A DNA stretch of 24,000 nucleotides. Source: Thermoanaerobaculia bacterium (GTDB lineage Bacteria; Acidobacteriota; Thermoanaerobaculia; UBA5066; Gp7-AA6). Position numbers and translations under genes: made by a program. Location: positions 4,514-28,513 of the forward strand of contig DATIRW010000002.1 of assembly GCA_035469365.1 (NCBI GenBank), written 5' to 3'. This document shows, piece after piece, positions 1 through 7,983 of the stretch (its first letter is position 1; each line of letters opens with the position of its first letter). Below the pieces are notes generated by a model. That model saw only the letters and a list, made by a program, of their open reading frames with translations, did no database searches and was not told where the DNA came from.

Positions 1-210
1 CTCCAGCTCGAGCGCCCCGGACCGGTCCATCTCCTCCCGCACGATCGTCTCGGTCTTGCGGTGGGCCCGGAGCCCGAGCGGGGTCAACGCGTACATGCCC
101 GCCGCGACGCGGCGCATCATGCCCGCCCGTGTCAGCAGAACATGGGAGACCGTCTCGGCGTCCCCGGGGACCTCGCGCACCGTCTGCAGAAAATACTTCG
201 ACCAGCGCAT
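1..210 (-). CDS. proS: prolyl-tRNA synthetase, N-terminal fragment (gene continues past the left edge)
   Basis: My own minus-strand translation from the ATG at 210-208 gives [70 protein letters not shown]. This matches the conserved ProRS N-terminus (SH.L..RAG, PLG.R, REEM). It is absent from the ORF track because it is open at the edge. In-frame ATGs also occur at 228 and 243, but 243 lies inside the palindromic repeat. Confidence 0.8.
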   Translation of the reverse strand, partial: MRWSKYFLQTVREVPGDAETVSHVLLTRAGMMRRVAAGMYALTPLGLRAHRKTETIVREEMDRSGALELE

Positions 211-238
211 GGCGGTAAGAAGATACATCAGCTGCTCC

Positions 239-309
239 GTCATCCTGAGCGAAGCGAAGGACCTGCCCTCTCGCCCGAGGTTCTTCGTCGCTGCGCTCCT
301 CGGAATGAC
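239..309. repeat. REP-like imperfect palindromic intergenic element
   Basis: The left arm is GTCATCCTGAGCGAAGCGAAGGACCT (239-264). The reverse complement of the right arm (278-309) is GTCATTCCGAGGAGCGCAGCGACGAAGAACCT. The arms share GTCAT termini and a GAGCG/AGCGA/GAAG core. The element sits 3 nt after the stop of the upstream gene. Spurious translation in the ORF track reads VILSEAKDL...AALLGMTG. Confidence 0.5.
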
Positions 310-312
310 AGG

Positions 313-2166
313 CTACTTCCGACCCGTTGGAGCGGCTTCCTTCCTCTTCGCGGCGAATTTCTCGACGAGGCGGATGTTCGAGCGGACCTGCTGCAGCATC
401 CGGTCCTCCAGGGCCCCGCCGCGCGCCACCGTCTTGGCCTTGCTGAAGGCGGCCTTGGCTTCCTCGGGTCTGCCGGCCGCGAGATACGCCATGCCGAGGT
501 GATGGAATGTCGTCGGCTGCGCGGCTCGCTCGCTCGAGCGGCGCAGACAGTCGATCGCCCGGTCGAATTCGCGGCGCTTGTAGTGGACCCATCCTAGGGT
601 CGCCAGCGGATACGGCTTCAGCTCGTCCGGCGCCTCGGAAAGCGCGCGGCCCGCGTAATCGAGAGCCGAGTCGAGATCGTCTTCCCCCTCCGCGAGCGTC
701 GTCGCGAGCTCGTAGTACGCGATCGCGCGCGAGGTCTTCGAAGGGTGCTTCTCCAGGAAGTCCCGGACGAAGCGCACGGCCTCCTTCGCCTTCCCCTCCG
801 CGCGCAGGGCCTCCGCGAGCGTCGAGCACGCGGCCGCCGCGACGACGTCCTCCGGGTCTCCGGCCAGCACCTGGCGGCACGCCGCCATGGCCTCCTTCCA
901 GAGGCCGAGCGACGCGGAAAGAAGCGCGAAGGAGATCCGGATCGTCGAGTTCTGAGGCTCCTCGGAGAGGGCCTTGCGGTAGAGCTCGTGGGCGCGGCGC
1001 AGCGACCCCCGCGAGACGTTTTCCTCGGCCTCGCGGTACGCCTCCGCGCCCGGCCCGTCCACGCGCGGCAGGGCGTAACGCCGCCGCCGGTCGAGCAGAC
1101 GCACGGCTTCCTGGTATTCGAGGCGTCTCGGGTTCTTCTCCAGCGCCTGCTGAAAGCACTCGAGCGCGCGGCGGGCGCGGTTCTTTTCGAGATAGCAGAG
1201 CCCGAGCTGGAAGGCGGCCTCCTCCGAATCGGGCTGCAGCCGGCGCGCCTCCTCGAACTCGCGGATGGCGCGCGCGATCTCCCCTTTCTCGCGCAGGACC
1301 GTGCCGAGCAGGACGTGCGCCGCCGGAACGGGCGCCGCTTCAAGAGCGCGGCCGAGCTCTCCTTCGGCCTCGTCCCAGCGCGACGAGTTCGCGTAGAGGG
1401 CGCCCAGCGCGAAGTGAGGAAGGAAGGCGTCGCCCTTCTTTTCGATGGCGCGCTTCAGGAACGCTTCCGCAATCTCAGTCTCACCGTGCTCGGACGCCGC
1501 GATGCCGGAATAGACCAGCGACTCGAAATGGTTCGGCTCGACCGCCAGGATCTTCTTGAAATACACGGCGGCGCGCTCGAGGTCTCCGGCGGAAAAGAAC
1601 GTCTCGGCCAGGTAGAAGCCGAGCTCGACGTTCCCCTTGTCCAGCCGCGACAACTCCTCGAGCAGGCGAACCCCGCGGTCGGCGTCCAGGGCGAGAATGG
1701 CGAACTCGGCCGCGCGCAGGCGTTGGAGAAAATCCTCGCGGTCCTCTCCCGAGTAACGCGCCACGATGCGGTCGCGCCGCTCGAGGAAGCGGTCCTTCTT
1801 CTCGACCGCCTGCATCCGGTCGTCCATCTTGGTCTCCCAGAGGTCGAGGACCTCCTGGGAACGGACGGCGCCGCGACGCTCGAGGGTTTCCTGCAGGGCC
1901 AGGATCCCCGTGTGCGCCACGAAGAGGTTCTTCTCGAGATTCCCGAGCGATTCGAAGAGCGTCTTGACCGCGTCGCCCGTGCGCTTGACGACATCCTCGA
2001 GCGTCGAGATCCGCTCGAGAAGGTGCTCGTCGAAGGGAATCTCCTCTGGAGCCTCGCCGCTCTCCTCGACGACGCCGACTCCCGAAAGCACGAGGAGCTT
2101 GGAGTGACAGCGCGAGCAGAACTCCTCTTCGTCGGGGTTCTTCAAGCCGCAGACCTGGCAGTACAT
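313..2166 (-). CDS. zinc-ribbon / coiled-coil / TPR-repeat protein
   Basis: 617-aa ORF. The N-terminus MYCQVCGLKNPDEEEFCSRCHSKL carries a CxxC...CxxC zinc ribbon. A charged helical region follows, then many TPR-like A/L/Y-rich 34-aa repeats. No signal peptide or TM segment. High GC3. Confidence 0.85.
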   Translation of the reverse strand: MYCQVCGLKNPDEEEFCSRCHSKLLVLSGVGVVEESGEAPEEIPFDEHLLERISTLEDVVKRTGDAVKTLFESLGNLEKNLFVAHTGILALQETLERRGAVRSQEVLDLWETKMDDRMQAVEKKDRFLERRDRIVARYSGEDREDFLQRLRAAEFAILALDADRGVRLLEELSRLDKGNVELGFYLAETFFSAGDLERAAVYFKKILAVEPNHFESLVYSGIAASEHGETEIAEAFLKRAIEKKGDAFLPHFALGALYANSSRWDEAEGELGRALEAAPVPAAHVLLGTVLREKGEIARAIREFEEARRLQPDSEEAAFQLGLCYLEKNRARRALECFQQALEKNPRRLEYQEAVRLLDRRRRYALPRVDGPGAEAYREAEENVSRGSLRRAHELYRKALSEEPQNSTIRISFALLSASLGLWKEAMAACRQVLAGDPEDVVAAAACSTLAEALRAEGKAKEAVRFVRDFLEKHPSKTSRAIAYYELATTLAEGEDDLDSALDYAGRALSEAPDELKPYPLATLGWVHYKRREFDRAIDCLRRSSERAAQPTTFHHLGMAYLAAGRPEEAKAAFSKAKTVARGGALEDRMLQQVRSNIRLVEKFAAKRKEAAPTGRK

Positions 2167-2252
2167 GATGAGCCGGTGGCCTACACGAGACGGTGCTCGG
2201 CGCCCGGTGCGCGGCCCCCGGGAAAGCCCCGGTCCGTGCCCAACCGAGCACC

Positions 2253-2280
2253 GAGAACCGGAAACCGGGAACCGGCTCTC
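2253..2280 (-). terminator. stem-loop immediately after the hbd stop, with no U-tract
   Basis: GAGAACCGG (2253-2261) pairs with CCGGCTCTC (2272-2280) across a 10-nt loop. The single mismatch becomes a G-U wobble only in the minus-sense RNA. The stem starts 3 nt after the hbd stop. No T-run follows, so intrinsic termination is uncertain. Confidence 0.3.
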
Positions 2281-2283
2281 GTC

Positions 2284-3132
2284 CTAGTACTCATAGAAGC
2301 CGCGACCCGACTTCTTGCCCAGCCAGCCCGCGTCCACCATCTTCACCAGCAGGGGGCTCGGCCGGTAGCGCGGGTCGCCGAAGCCCCGCTGCAGGACCCG
2401 CAGGATCGCCAGGCAGGTATCGAGGCCGATGAAGTCGGCCAGAGCGAGGGGGCCCATCGGGTGGTTCATGCCGAGCTTCATGATGCCGTCGATCGCCTCG
2501 CGCGTCGCGACCCCTTCCCGCAAGGCCTCGATCGCTTCGTTGATCATCGGCATCAGGACGCGGTTGGAAACGAACCCCGGCCAGTCGTTGCAGAGGATCG
2601 GCGTCTTTCCCATTGCCCGGGCGAGAGTCAGGACGGTGTCCGACGTCTCGTCGGACGTCGCGATGCCCCGGATGACCTCGACGAGCGCCATGACGGGCAC
2701 CGGGTTCATGAAGTGCATGCCGACGAATCGGTCCGGGCGCCGGGTCGCCCCGCCCAGGCGCGTGATCGAGATCGACGACGTATTGGATGCGAACACGGCG
2801 CGCTCCGAACAGACCGCGTCGAGTTTGCCGAAGACGCCCTTCTTGATCTCCTCGTCTTCGACGACGGCCTCGATCACGATGTCCGCTTCGGAAAGGCGCG
2901 AAAGGACGGGCGTCGCCGTGATCCGTTCCAGGGCCGCTGACTTCTGCTCCGGCGTGCGCTTGCCCTTGGAGACCTCGCGCTCGAGATTGCGCTCGATGGA
3001 GGCGCGCGCCTTTTCGAGGTAAGGTCCTTCCAGATCGGTGAGCACAACCCGGATTCCGCAAGCCGCCGCCACGTGCGCGATGCCGCTGCCCATCTGGCCG
3101 GCGCCCACGACGCCGAGCGTGCGAACTTCCAT
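2284..3132 (-). CDS. hbd: 3-hydroxybutyryl-CoA / 3-hydroxyacyl-CoA dehydrogenase (NAD-dependent)
   Basis: 282 aa. The N-terminal Rossmann motif is [16 protein letters not shown]. The C-terminal domain carries NRVL.PMINEA...G and [12 protein letters not shown], typical of the HBD/FadB C-terminal family. Confidence 0.9.
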   Translation of the reverse strand: MEVRTLGVVGAGQMGSGIAHVAAACGIRVVLTDLEGPYLEKARASIERNLEREVSKGKRTPEQKSAALERITATPVLSRLSEADIVIEAVVEDEEIKKGVFGKLDAVCSERAVFASNTSSISITRLGGATRRPDRFVGMHFMNPVPVMALVEVIRGIATSDETSDTVLTLARAMGKTPILCNDWPGFVSNRVLMPMINEAIEALREGVATREAIDGIMKLGMNHPMGPLALADFIGLDTCLAILRVLQRGFGDPRYRPSPLLVKMVDAGWLGKKSGRGFYEY

Positions 3133-3138
3133 GCAGGG

Positions 3139-3167
3139 ACTCTATTGCCGCGGGCGGCGCGAATCAA
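3139..3167 (-). promoter_or_regulatory. candidate sigma70-type promoter for hbd, possibly giving a leaderless mRNA
   Basis: On the minus strand: TTGATT (3167-3162), 17-nt spacer, TAGAGT (3144-3139). The ATG at 3132 lies 7 nt after the -10 box, and there is no Shine-Dalgarno sequence. Confidence 0.3.
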
Positions 3168-3192
3168 TGACCGGTGGCGGGGCCGTGAGAGG

Positions 3193-4023
3193 CTAGATCG
3201 CGAGCTCGACGCGATAGCGCGGCGTGCCGAAGCGCGTCAGGAAGGCGATGCCGACGGCGACCACGGAGGCGGCGCTCCAGACGACGGAGCCGACGAAGGG
3301 AAGAAGCGAGACGGCCCCGAGCAGCGCGAGTCCCGCCGCCAGGGCCGCCGGCCGCTTCGCGGGCGCGACGCTCTTGACGAGTTTTTGTCCGAGCAGAAGA
3401 AAGAGCGCGCCCATGCCGAAGACTTTCGCCGCCACCGCCACCGAGCCGAAGAAGATCGCGATCGGGACCGACAAGGCCGGAGGCAGCAGCGCCAGCGCGG
3501 CGACGGTCGCCAGCAGGAGGCTCAACACTCCGAGCGCGCCGGCGAGGAGCGTGCCCGACCAGTGGGTTTCGGCGGAGGCGGCCGCGCGCGCGAACGGCGA
3601 GGCGAAACAGAAGAGGAGAGCCAGGCTCACCGCGAGCCACGCGGAAAGCGCGACGAGACGAAGGCCCCGGGAGAGCAGAGCCGGGCTCTCCTCCCACGGC
3701 GCCCGGTGCATCTCGTCCAGATAGAGGCTCAGGAGTTTCCCCGGCGTGGAAACCATCCCACGCACCGGCAGCGGCTTTCCCCCGGGAGCGTTGATCGTGC
3801 CGCCGAAGACCGAGAGATTCCCCTCGATGAAACCGGAAGGCGAGAACGTGACGCTGCCTCCCCAGACAACGACGTCGCCGGACACGCGCGAAGCGATCCG
3901 CACGTCCGACAGCACCGCGACGACGCGGCCCGCAACGGGTTTCTCGATCTCGATATTTCGGGCAAAAGCCGTCTGCCCGGGAGCTGCCGCCGCGGCCAGG
4001 GCGAAGAGGCCCGCCGCGATCAC
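3193..4023 (-). CDS. exported beta-helix-repeat (bactofilin-like) domain protein with C-terminal multi-pass membrane domain
   Basis: I trimmed the 372-aa track ORF to the GTG at 4023-4021, which overlaps the upstream gene's TGA (GTGA). The N-terminus VIAAGLFALAAAAAPGQTAFA is signal-like. The segment VAGRVVAVLSDVRIASRVSGDVVVWGGSVTFSPSGFIEGNLSVFGGTI shows the short V/G-periodic repeat of polymer-forming beta-helix proteins. About 5 hydrophobic TM segments follow. Confidence 0.7.
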   Translation of the reverse strand: MIAAGLFALAAAAAPGQTAFARNIEIEKPVAGRVVAVLSDVRIASRVSGDVVVWGGSVTFSPSGFIEGNLSVFGGTINAPGGKPLPVRGMVSTPGKLLSLYLDEMHRAPWEESPALLSRGLRLVALSAWLAVSLALLFCFASPFARAAASAETHWSGTLLAGALGVLSLLLATVAALALLPPALSVPIAIFFGSVAVAAKVFGMGALFLLLGQKLVKSVAPAKRPAALAAGLALLGAVSLLPFVGSVVWSAASVVAVGIAFLTRFGTPRYRVELAI

Positions 4024-4601
4024 CGCCGGCGTTCCCGGGCCAGGGCTCGCCGGAACCCGATGAGCACGGGCGCGAGCAGGAAGAGGCAGGCGAGCCCGAG
4101 GGCCTGCTCCCGGCGCATGGCCTGCCCGAGGGCCTCGAGCCCCGCCGGCCAGGCGCCTGCGAGCTCCGACAGCGACCGGGCGCCCGCGCGCAGGAGGGCC
4201 AGGAGCGGGGCGAGTGCGGCCGCCGCCAGACCAGCCTGTTCCCTCGCCGAGATTCCCGGCAGGGTCAGGACCAGAAACCCCGAGAAAAACAGGGCCACGG
4301 CGAAGAAGCACGGACCTCTCCAGAGCGAAAAGTCGCGCCGTTCGCGCCGCGAGAAAGGACGCAGGCGCACGACGCTGCCGGCCAGGTCGGCCACCCCGGC
4401 GGGCATCGCCGGCGACTCACCGGCCCGGAGCCCTCCCAAACGGTCGATCTCCCGCGAAAGACTGGCCGCATCGGAAACGGCCCGGCCGCAGGAGGCGCAA
4501 GCCCGCGCGTGTTGCGCCGCGTCGGTGGCAAAGACCGGCTCCGCCCCCGAGGCGATCGCCTCGGCGTCGAGCGGGTCCAACGGGCGGGTGCAAGGCTTCA
4601 C
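4020..4601 (-). CDS. zinc-binding (ZAS, HxxxCxxC) transmembrane anti-sigma factor
   Basis: I trimmed the ORF to the GTG at 4601-4599, which overlaps the sigma gene's TGA (GTGA). The motif QHARACASC matches H-x3-C-x2-C about 30 aa from the N-terminus. Hydrophobic TM segments follow (GPCFFAVALFFSGFLVLTL, ALGLACLFLLAPVLIGF). The gene lies directly downstream of an ECF sigma gene. Confidence 0.7.
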   Translation of the reverse strand: MKPCTRPLDPLDAEAIASGAEPVFATDAAQHARACASCGRAVSDAASLSREIDRLGGLRAGESPAMPAGVADLAGSVVRLRPFSRRERRDFSLWRGPCFFAVALFFSGFLVLTLPGISAREQAGLAAAALAPLLALLRAGARSLSELAGAWPAGLEALGQAMRREQALGLACLFLLAPVLIGFRRALARERRR

Positions 4602-5185
4602 GATATTTCTCCCAACAACCTTTCCTTCAATACGGCTCTGGCCCGAAAGAGTTTGTTCTTGACGGTACCCAGGGGCATCTGTTTTACGTCGGCGATCTCC
4701 TCGTACGAAAGTCCTCCAAAGTGCCGCAGGGTAATGAGTTCCCGGAATTCTGCAGGGAGAGCGGCGATCGCGCACGCGATTGCGCTGCCCCGCTCGACGT
4801 TGCGCAGCTCACCGTAGGGGTCCAAATCGCTGCTCTTGTACTCCAGAGAGGACATCCTTCCGTCGGCATCCTGGACCTCCAGGGGCACTGTTCGCGGACG
4901 CCGCTTGCGCAGATGGTCGATCGCCGCGTTGCCGGCGATGCGGAAAAGCCAGGTCGAAAACTTGTAGGCGGGGTTGTAACGGTCGAGGGCGCCGAAGACC
5001 TTCAAGAAGATCTCCTGCGAAAGGTCGAGCGCGTCGTCACGGTTCCCCACCATCCTGGCGACGTGGGCAAGGACCCGGGATTGGTAACGGCGCACCAGGA
5101 CCTCGAAAAGATCTTCCTCGCCCGCGAGGATGCGGCCGACGAGCTCATCGTCATTGAGACCGTCGCGGTCCTGGGCGTTTTTCAT
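4598..5185 (-). CDS. ECF-family RNA polymerase sigma factor (sigma-70 regions 2 and 4)
   Basis: Region 2 is seen in [39 protein letters not shown]...[20 protein letters not shown]. Region 4 is seen in [42 protein letters not shown] prefer the ATG at 5185. The track's start at 5209 is a TTG. Confidence 0.9.
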   Translation of the reverse strand: MKNAQDRDGLNDDELVGRILAGEEDLFEVLVRRYQSRVLAHVARMVGNRDDALDLSQEIFLKVFGALDRYNPAYKFSTWLFRIAGNAAIDHLRKRRPRTVPLEVQDADGRMSSLEYKSSDLDPYGELRNVERGSAIACAIAALPAEFRELITLRHFGGLSYEEIADVKQMPLGTVKNKLFRARAVLKERLLGEIS

Positions 5186-5351
5186 TTTCAAGATCGCCGC
5201 GACCGGCAACCGCCTCGAATTGAGCCTTCTCGTCTCAGAGACTTCTCCAATCCCCGGGCCGCCACGACCAGGAGCCTGCTCCGCCGCCGTGCGCTACAAT
5301 CGCCGCCATTCTATTGGAGCCGGCCGCCGCGGCGGCCACGGAGGATGTTCC

Positions 5352-6653
5352 GTGAACCAAGTGGCCGAACCGCAGTTTCCGACGATAGGCACCCCGCCTC
5401 AGGGCGTGGACTCCTCCACCCCGTTCGAAGAGATGATGTCCCGGTTCGACCTGGCCGCTCAGAAGCTGGGTCTGGACCCCGGCCTCTACAAGGTCCTTCG
5501 CGAGCCCGTGCGAGAGACGAAGGTCTCCATTCCCATCGTCATGGACGACGGTCGCATCGAAGTCTTCATCGGCTACCGCGTCCTCCACAACATCGCGCGC
5601 GGCCCCGGCAAAGGGGGCATCCGCTACGACAAGAACGTGACTCTGGACGAGGTCCGTGCGCTCGCCGCCTGGATGACCTGGAAGTGCGCGGTCGTCAATA
5701 TTCCCTTCGGTGGGGCCAAGGGAGGCGTCATCTGTGATCCGGGCACGCTTTCGCGGGGCGAGATCGAGCGGATCACGCGCCGCTATACCGCCGAGCTCAT
5801 GGATCAGTTCGGGCCGGAGAAAGATGTGCCCGCTCCCGACATGGGCACGAACCCTCAAACGATGGCGTGGGTGATGGACACGTTCTCCATGCACGCCCGC
5901 CACACGGTGACGTCGGTCGTGACGGGCAAACCCCTCTCGCTCGGCGGTTCCCGCGGGAGAGTGGAGGCGACCGGCCGGGGTCTCATGCTGATCTGCCGGG
6001 AGGCCGCGCCGCTGAGGGGCCTGACGCTCGCGTCGAGCCGCATCGTCGTGCAGGGGTTCGGCAACGTCGGATCCATCGCGTCCCGGATGTGCCACGAGGC
6101 CGGCGCGACGGTCATCGGCGTCTCCGACATCTCCGGCGGAATCTGGAACGAGAAGGGGCTCGACGTCCCGGCGGTGCTGAAGCATTACGAGCGGAGCCGC
6201 TCCTTCGAGGGCTTTCCCGGCGCGGTGAAGATCTCGAACGCGCAGCTGCTGGAGCTCGAGACCGACATCCTGATCCCCGCTGCCAACGAGAACCAGATCC
6301 GGGGTCGAAATGCCCCCAACATCAAGGCGAAAATCATCGTCGAGGGAGCCAACGGCCCGACGACGCAGCGCGCCGACGAGATCCTGGATCAGAATGGGGT
6401 TCTGGTCGTGCCGGACATCCTCGCCAACGCCGGCGGCGTCACCGTCTCGTACTTCGAGTGGGTCCAGGACCGCGCCGGTTTCTTCTGGCGGGAGCAGGAG
6501 GTCAACGAGCGGCTGGAAGACATCCTGGTGCAGTCCTTCAGGGACGTGGCCGAAATGGCGGAAAAGTACGACGTCAGCTTCCGTATCGCCGCGTACATGC
6601 TGGGAATCTCGCGCGTCGCGCACGACACGATGGTTCGCGGCCTCTACGCCTAG
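5352..6653 (+). CDS. gdhA: NAD(P)-dependent glutamate dehydrogenase
   Basis: Motifs seen: [26 protein letters not shown], and the Rossmann motif VQGFGNVG. The family is Glu/Leu/Phe/Val dehydrogenase. I set the start at the in-frame GTG 5352, which has GGAGGA 6 nt upstream. The track ORF begins further upstream at 5130. Confidence 0.92.
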   Translation: MNQVAEPQFPTIGTPPQGVDSSTPFEEMMSRFDLAAQKLGLDPGLYKVLREPVRETKVSIPIVMDDGRIEVFIGYRVLHNIARGPGKGGIRYDKNVTLDEVRALAAWMTWKCAVVNIPFGGAKGGVICDPGTLSRGEIERITRRYTAELMDQFGPEKDVPAPDMGTNPQTMAWVMDTFSMHARHTVTSVVTGKPLSLGGSRGRVEATGRGLMLICREAAPLRGLTLASSRIVVQGFGNVGSIASRMCHEAGATVIGVSDISGGIWNEKGLDVPAVLKHYERSRSFEGFPGAVKISNAQLLELETDILIPAANENQIRGRNAPNIKAKIIVEGANGPTTQRADEILDQNGVLVVPDILANAGGVTVSYFEWVQDRAGFFWREQEVNERLEDILVQSFRDVAEMAEKYDVSFRIAAYMLGISRVAHDTMVRGLYA

Positions 6654-6684
6654 CACGTCGCTCGCGCTAGGGCGGGATCTGCGC

Positions 6685-6715
6685 CTGGCGGCCCACCGGC
6701 GATCGCCAGCTATTT
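6685..6715 (+). terminator. weak candidate terminator hairpin between convergent gdh and the DUF721 gene
   Basis: CTGGCG (6685-6690) pairs with CGCCAG (6704-6709) across a 13-nt loop, followed by CTATTT. The stem is short and the loop long. Confidence 0.25.
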
Positions 6716-7003
6716 CAGGGTAACCTTCGGGCGGATCTCGGGAACTTCGTAAGCGAGCTTGCGCTCGAGCTCCGGCAGGGTCGCCTGGATCGGTTTTCTC
6801 CAGGCGGGATCGAGAAGCCGAAGAGTCAGGCGCCTGCCGGCGAGATCCACGGGCTCGATTTTCCTGGAGAGCGGCTCCCCGACGATCCTGTCCCACCGGG
6901 CCCGGATCCAGAGAAGCGCGTCCTCTCCTCTTGCCATCCGCCGCAGGAGGCCGTCGCTCGCAGCGTCCAGGCGCGTCAGGGCGGGCGGCTTTCGGCGATT
7001 CAA
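6710..7003 (-). CDS. DUF721 / DciA-like small protein
   Basis: 97 aa. LLWIRARWDRIVGEPLSRKIEPVDLAGRRLTLRLLDPAWRKPIQATLPELERKL fits the DUF721 pattern: W..IVG, a segment before a G.L.V/L strand, then an aromatic followed by a helical tail. The TTG start at 7003 overlaps the upstream TGA (TTGA). Confidence 0.7.
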   Translation of the reverse strand: MNRRKPPALTRLDAASDGLLRRMARGEDALLWIRARWDRIVGEPLSRKIEPVDLAGRRLTLRLLDPAWRKPIQATLPELERKLAYEVPEIRPKVTLK

Positions 7004-7983
7004 GGCTCGACTCTCAACCGTTCCCGGCTCGATTCGGGCGGCACGGCCCGCACGGGTTTTTCGCCGGTGAGAACGCGCCGGACGTCTTCGACAACCATTC
7101 GCGCCATCTCCCGGCGGGTCTCGTGAGTCGCGCTCCCGGCATGAGGCATCAGGACCACGCGGTCGCTCTCGAGCAGCGCCGGCGTCACTCTCGGCTCGTT
7201 CTCGTAAACGTCGAGTCCCGCTCCCGCCAGCGGTCCCCGCTCGAGAGCCCGCGCGAGAGCGGCCTCCTCGACGATGGCGCCGCGGGAGGTGTTCAGGAGG
7301 TAGCTCCCCGGTTTCATCCTGGCGAAGGTGCCGTCATTGAAGAGATGCCGGGTCTCGTCGTTCAAAGGGAGGTGGACAGAGACGACGTCGCAGCGCCGGA
7401 GCAACTCGTCGAAGGAGACGCGGGGAGGATCATCGGGATCCCCCTCGTCCCGCGGCGACCGGCCGCAGGCGATGACCGTCATGCCGAACGCCCGTGCCCG
7501 CTTCGCCACCGCCCGCCCGATGCGTCCCGGCCCCAGCACGCCGAAGACCTTGCCTTTCAGATCCGACCCGAGCAGGAGCTGGGGCTCCCACCCGTGGAAG
7601 CCTCCCGTCCGCACGAGCCGGTCCCCCTCGACGATCCGGCGAGCGAGCGACAGGAGCAGCGCCATCGTCAGGTCGGCCGTGGCGTCCGTCAGCACGTTGG
7701 GCGTGTTGGTCAGGATGATTCCGAGGGCCGCCGCGGCCGCGCGATCGATATTGTCCACACCGGCGCCGTACTGGCCGACGATCTTCAACTTCTTGCCGGC
7801 TCGGAGAACGGTCTCGGTCACCGGGTCGGTCACGAGCGTGATGAGAGCGTCGGCGTCCGAGACTTCCGCCGCGAGCTGCGCTTCGCTCGGCCGGTACGTC
7901 AGCACTCGCACCTCGAAGTCCGGCTCGAGCGTCGCCAGGGAAGGCTCCGGCAAGGCGCGCGTCACCAGCACCACGCCGCTCAA
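7000..7983 (-). CDS. D-isomer-specific 2-hydroxyacid dehydrogenase (glyoxylate/hydroxypyruvate reductase-like)
   Basis: 327 aa. The NAD motif is GVLGPGRIGRAVAKRARAFGM. The catalytic-region motifs are LLNTSRGAIVEE and MPHAGSAT. TTG start. GTG codons at 7974 and 7971 are alternative starts. Confidence 0.9.
   Translation of the reverse strand: MSGVVLVTRALPEPSLATLEPDFEVRVLTYRPSEAQLAAEVSDADALITLVTDPVTETVLRAGKKLKIVGQYGAGVDNIDRAAAAALGIILTNTPNVLTDATADLTMALLLSLARRIVEGDRLVRTGGFHGWEPQLLLGSDLKGKVFGVLGPGRIGRAVAKRARAFGMTVIACGRSPRDEGDPDDPPRVSFDELLRRCDVVSVHLPLNDETRHLFNDGTFARMKPGSYLLNTSRGAIVEEAALARALERGPLAGAGLDVYENEPRVTPALLESDRVVLMPHAGSATHETRREMARMVVEDVRRVLTGEKPVRAVPPESSRERLRVEP

Noticed and set aside
745-2940. 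731-aa plus-strand ORF. Similar very long ORFs occur at 507-1559, 3073-4662, 4214-5737, 5235-6896 (-), 6931-8550, 8783-10312 (-), 10437-12557, 12317-13852, 15273-16346, 17838-19349, 19560-20570 and 22398-23471.
   Set aside because: Each lies antisense to or out of frame with a gene that has clear family motifs. Their translations are Arg/Pro/Gly/Asp-rich low-complexity strings with no motifs. Long stop-free shadow frames are expected in DNA this GC-rich.
5322-5337. Perfect 16-bp palindrome GGCCGCCGCGGCGGCC just upstream of the gdh SD, and a TACAAT box at 5294-5299
   Set aside because: A pure G/C palindrome of this size is not surprising in this composition. The TACAAT has no acceptable -35 partner at 16-18 nt. 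I could not support either as an operator or promoter.
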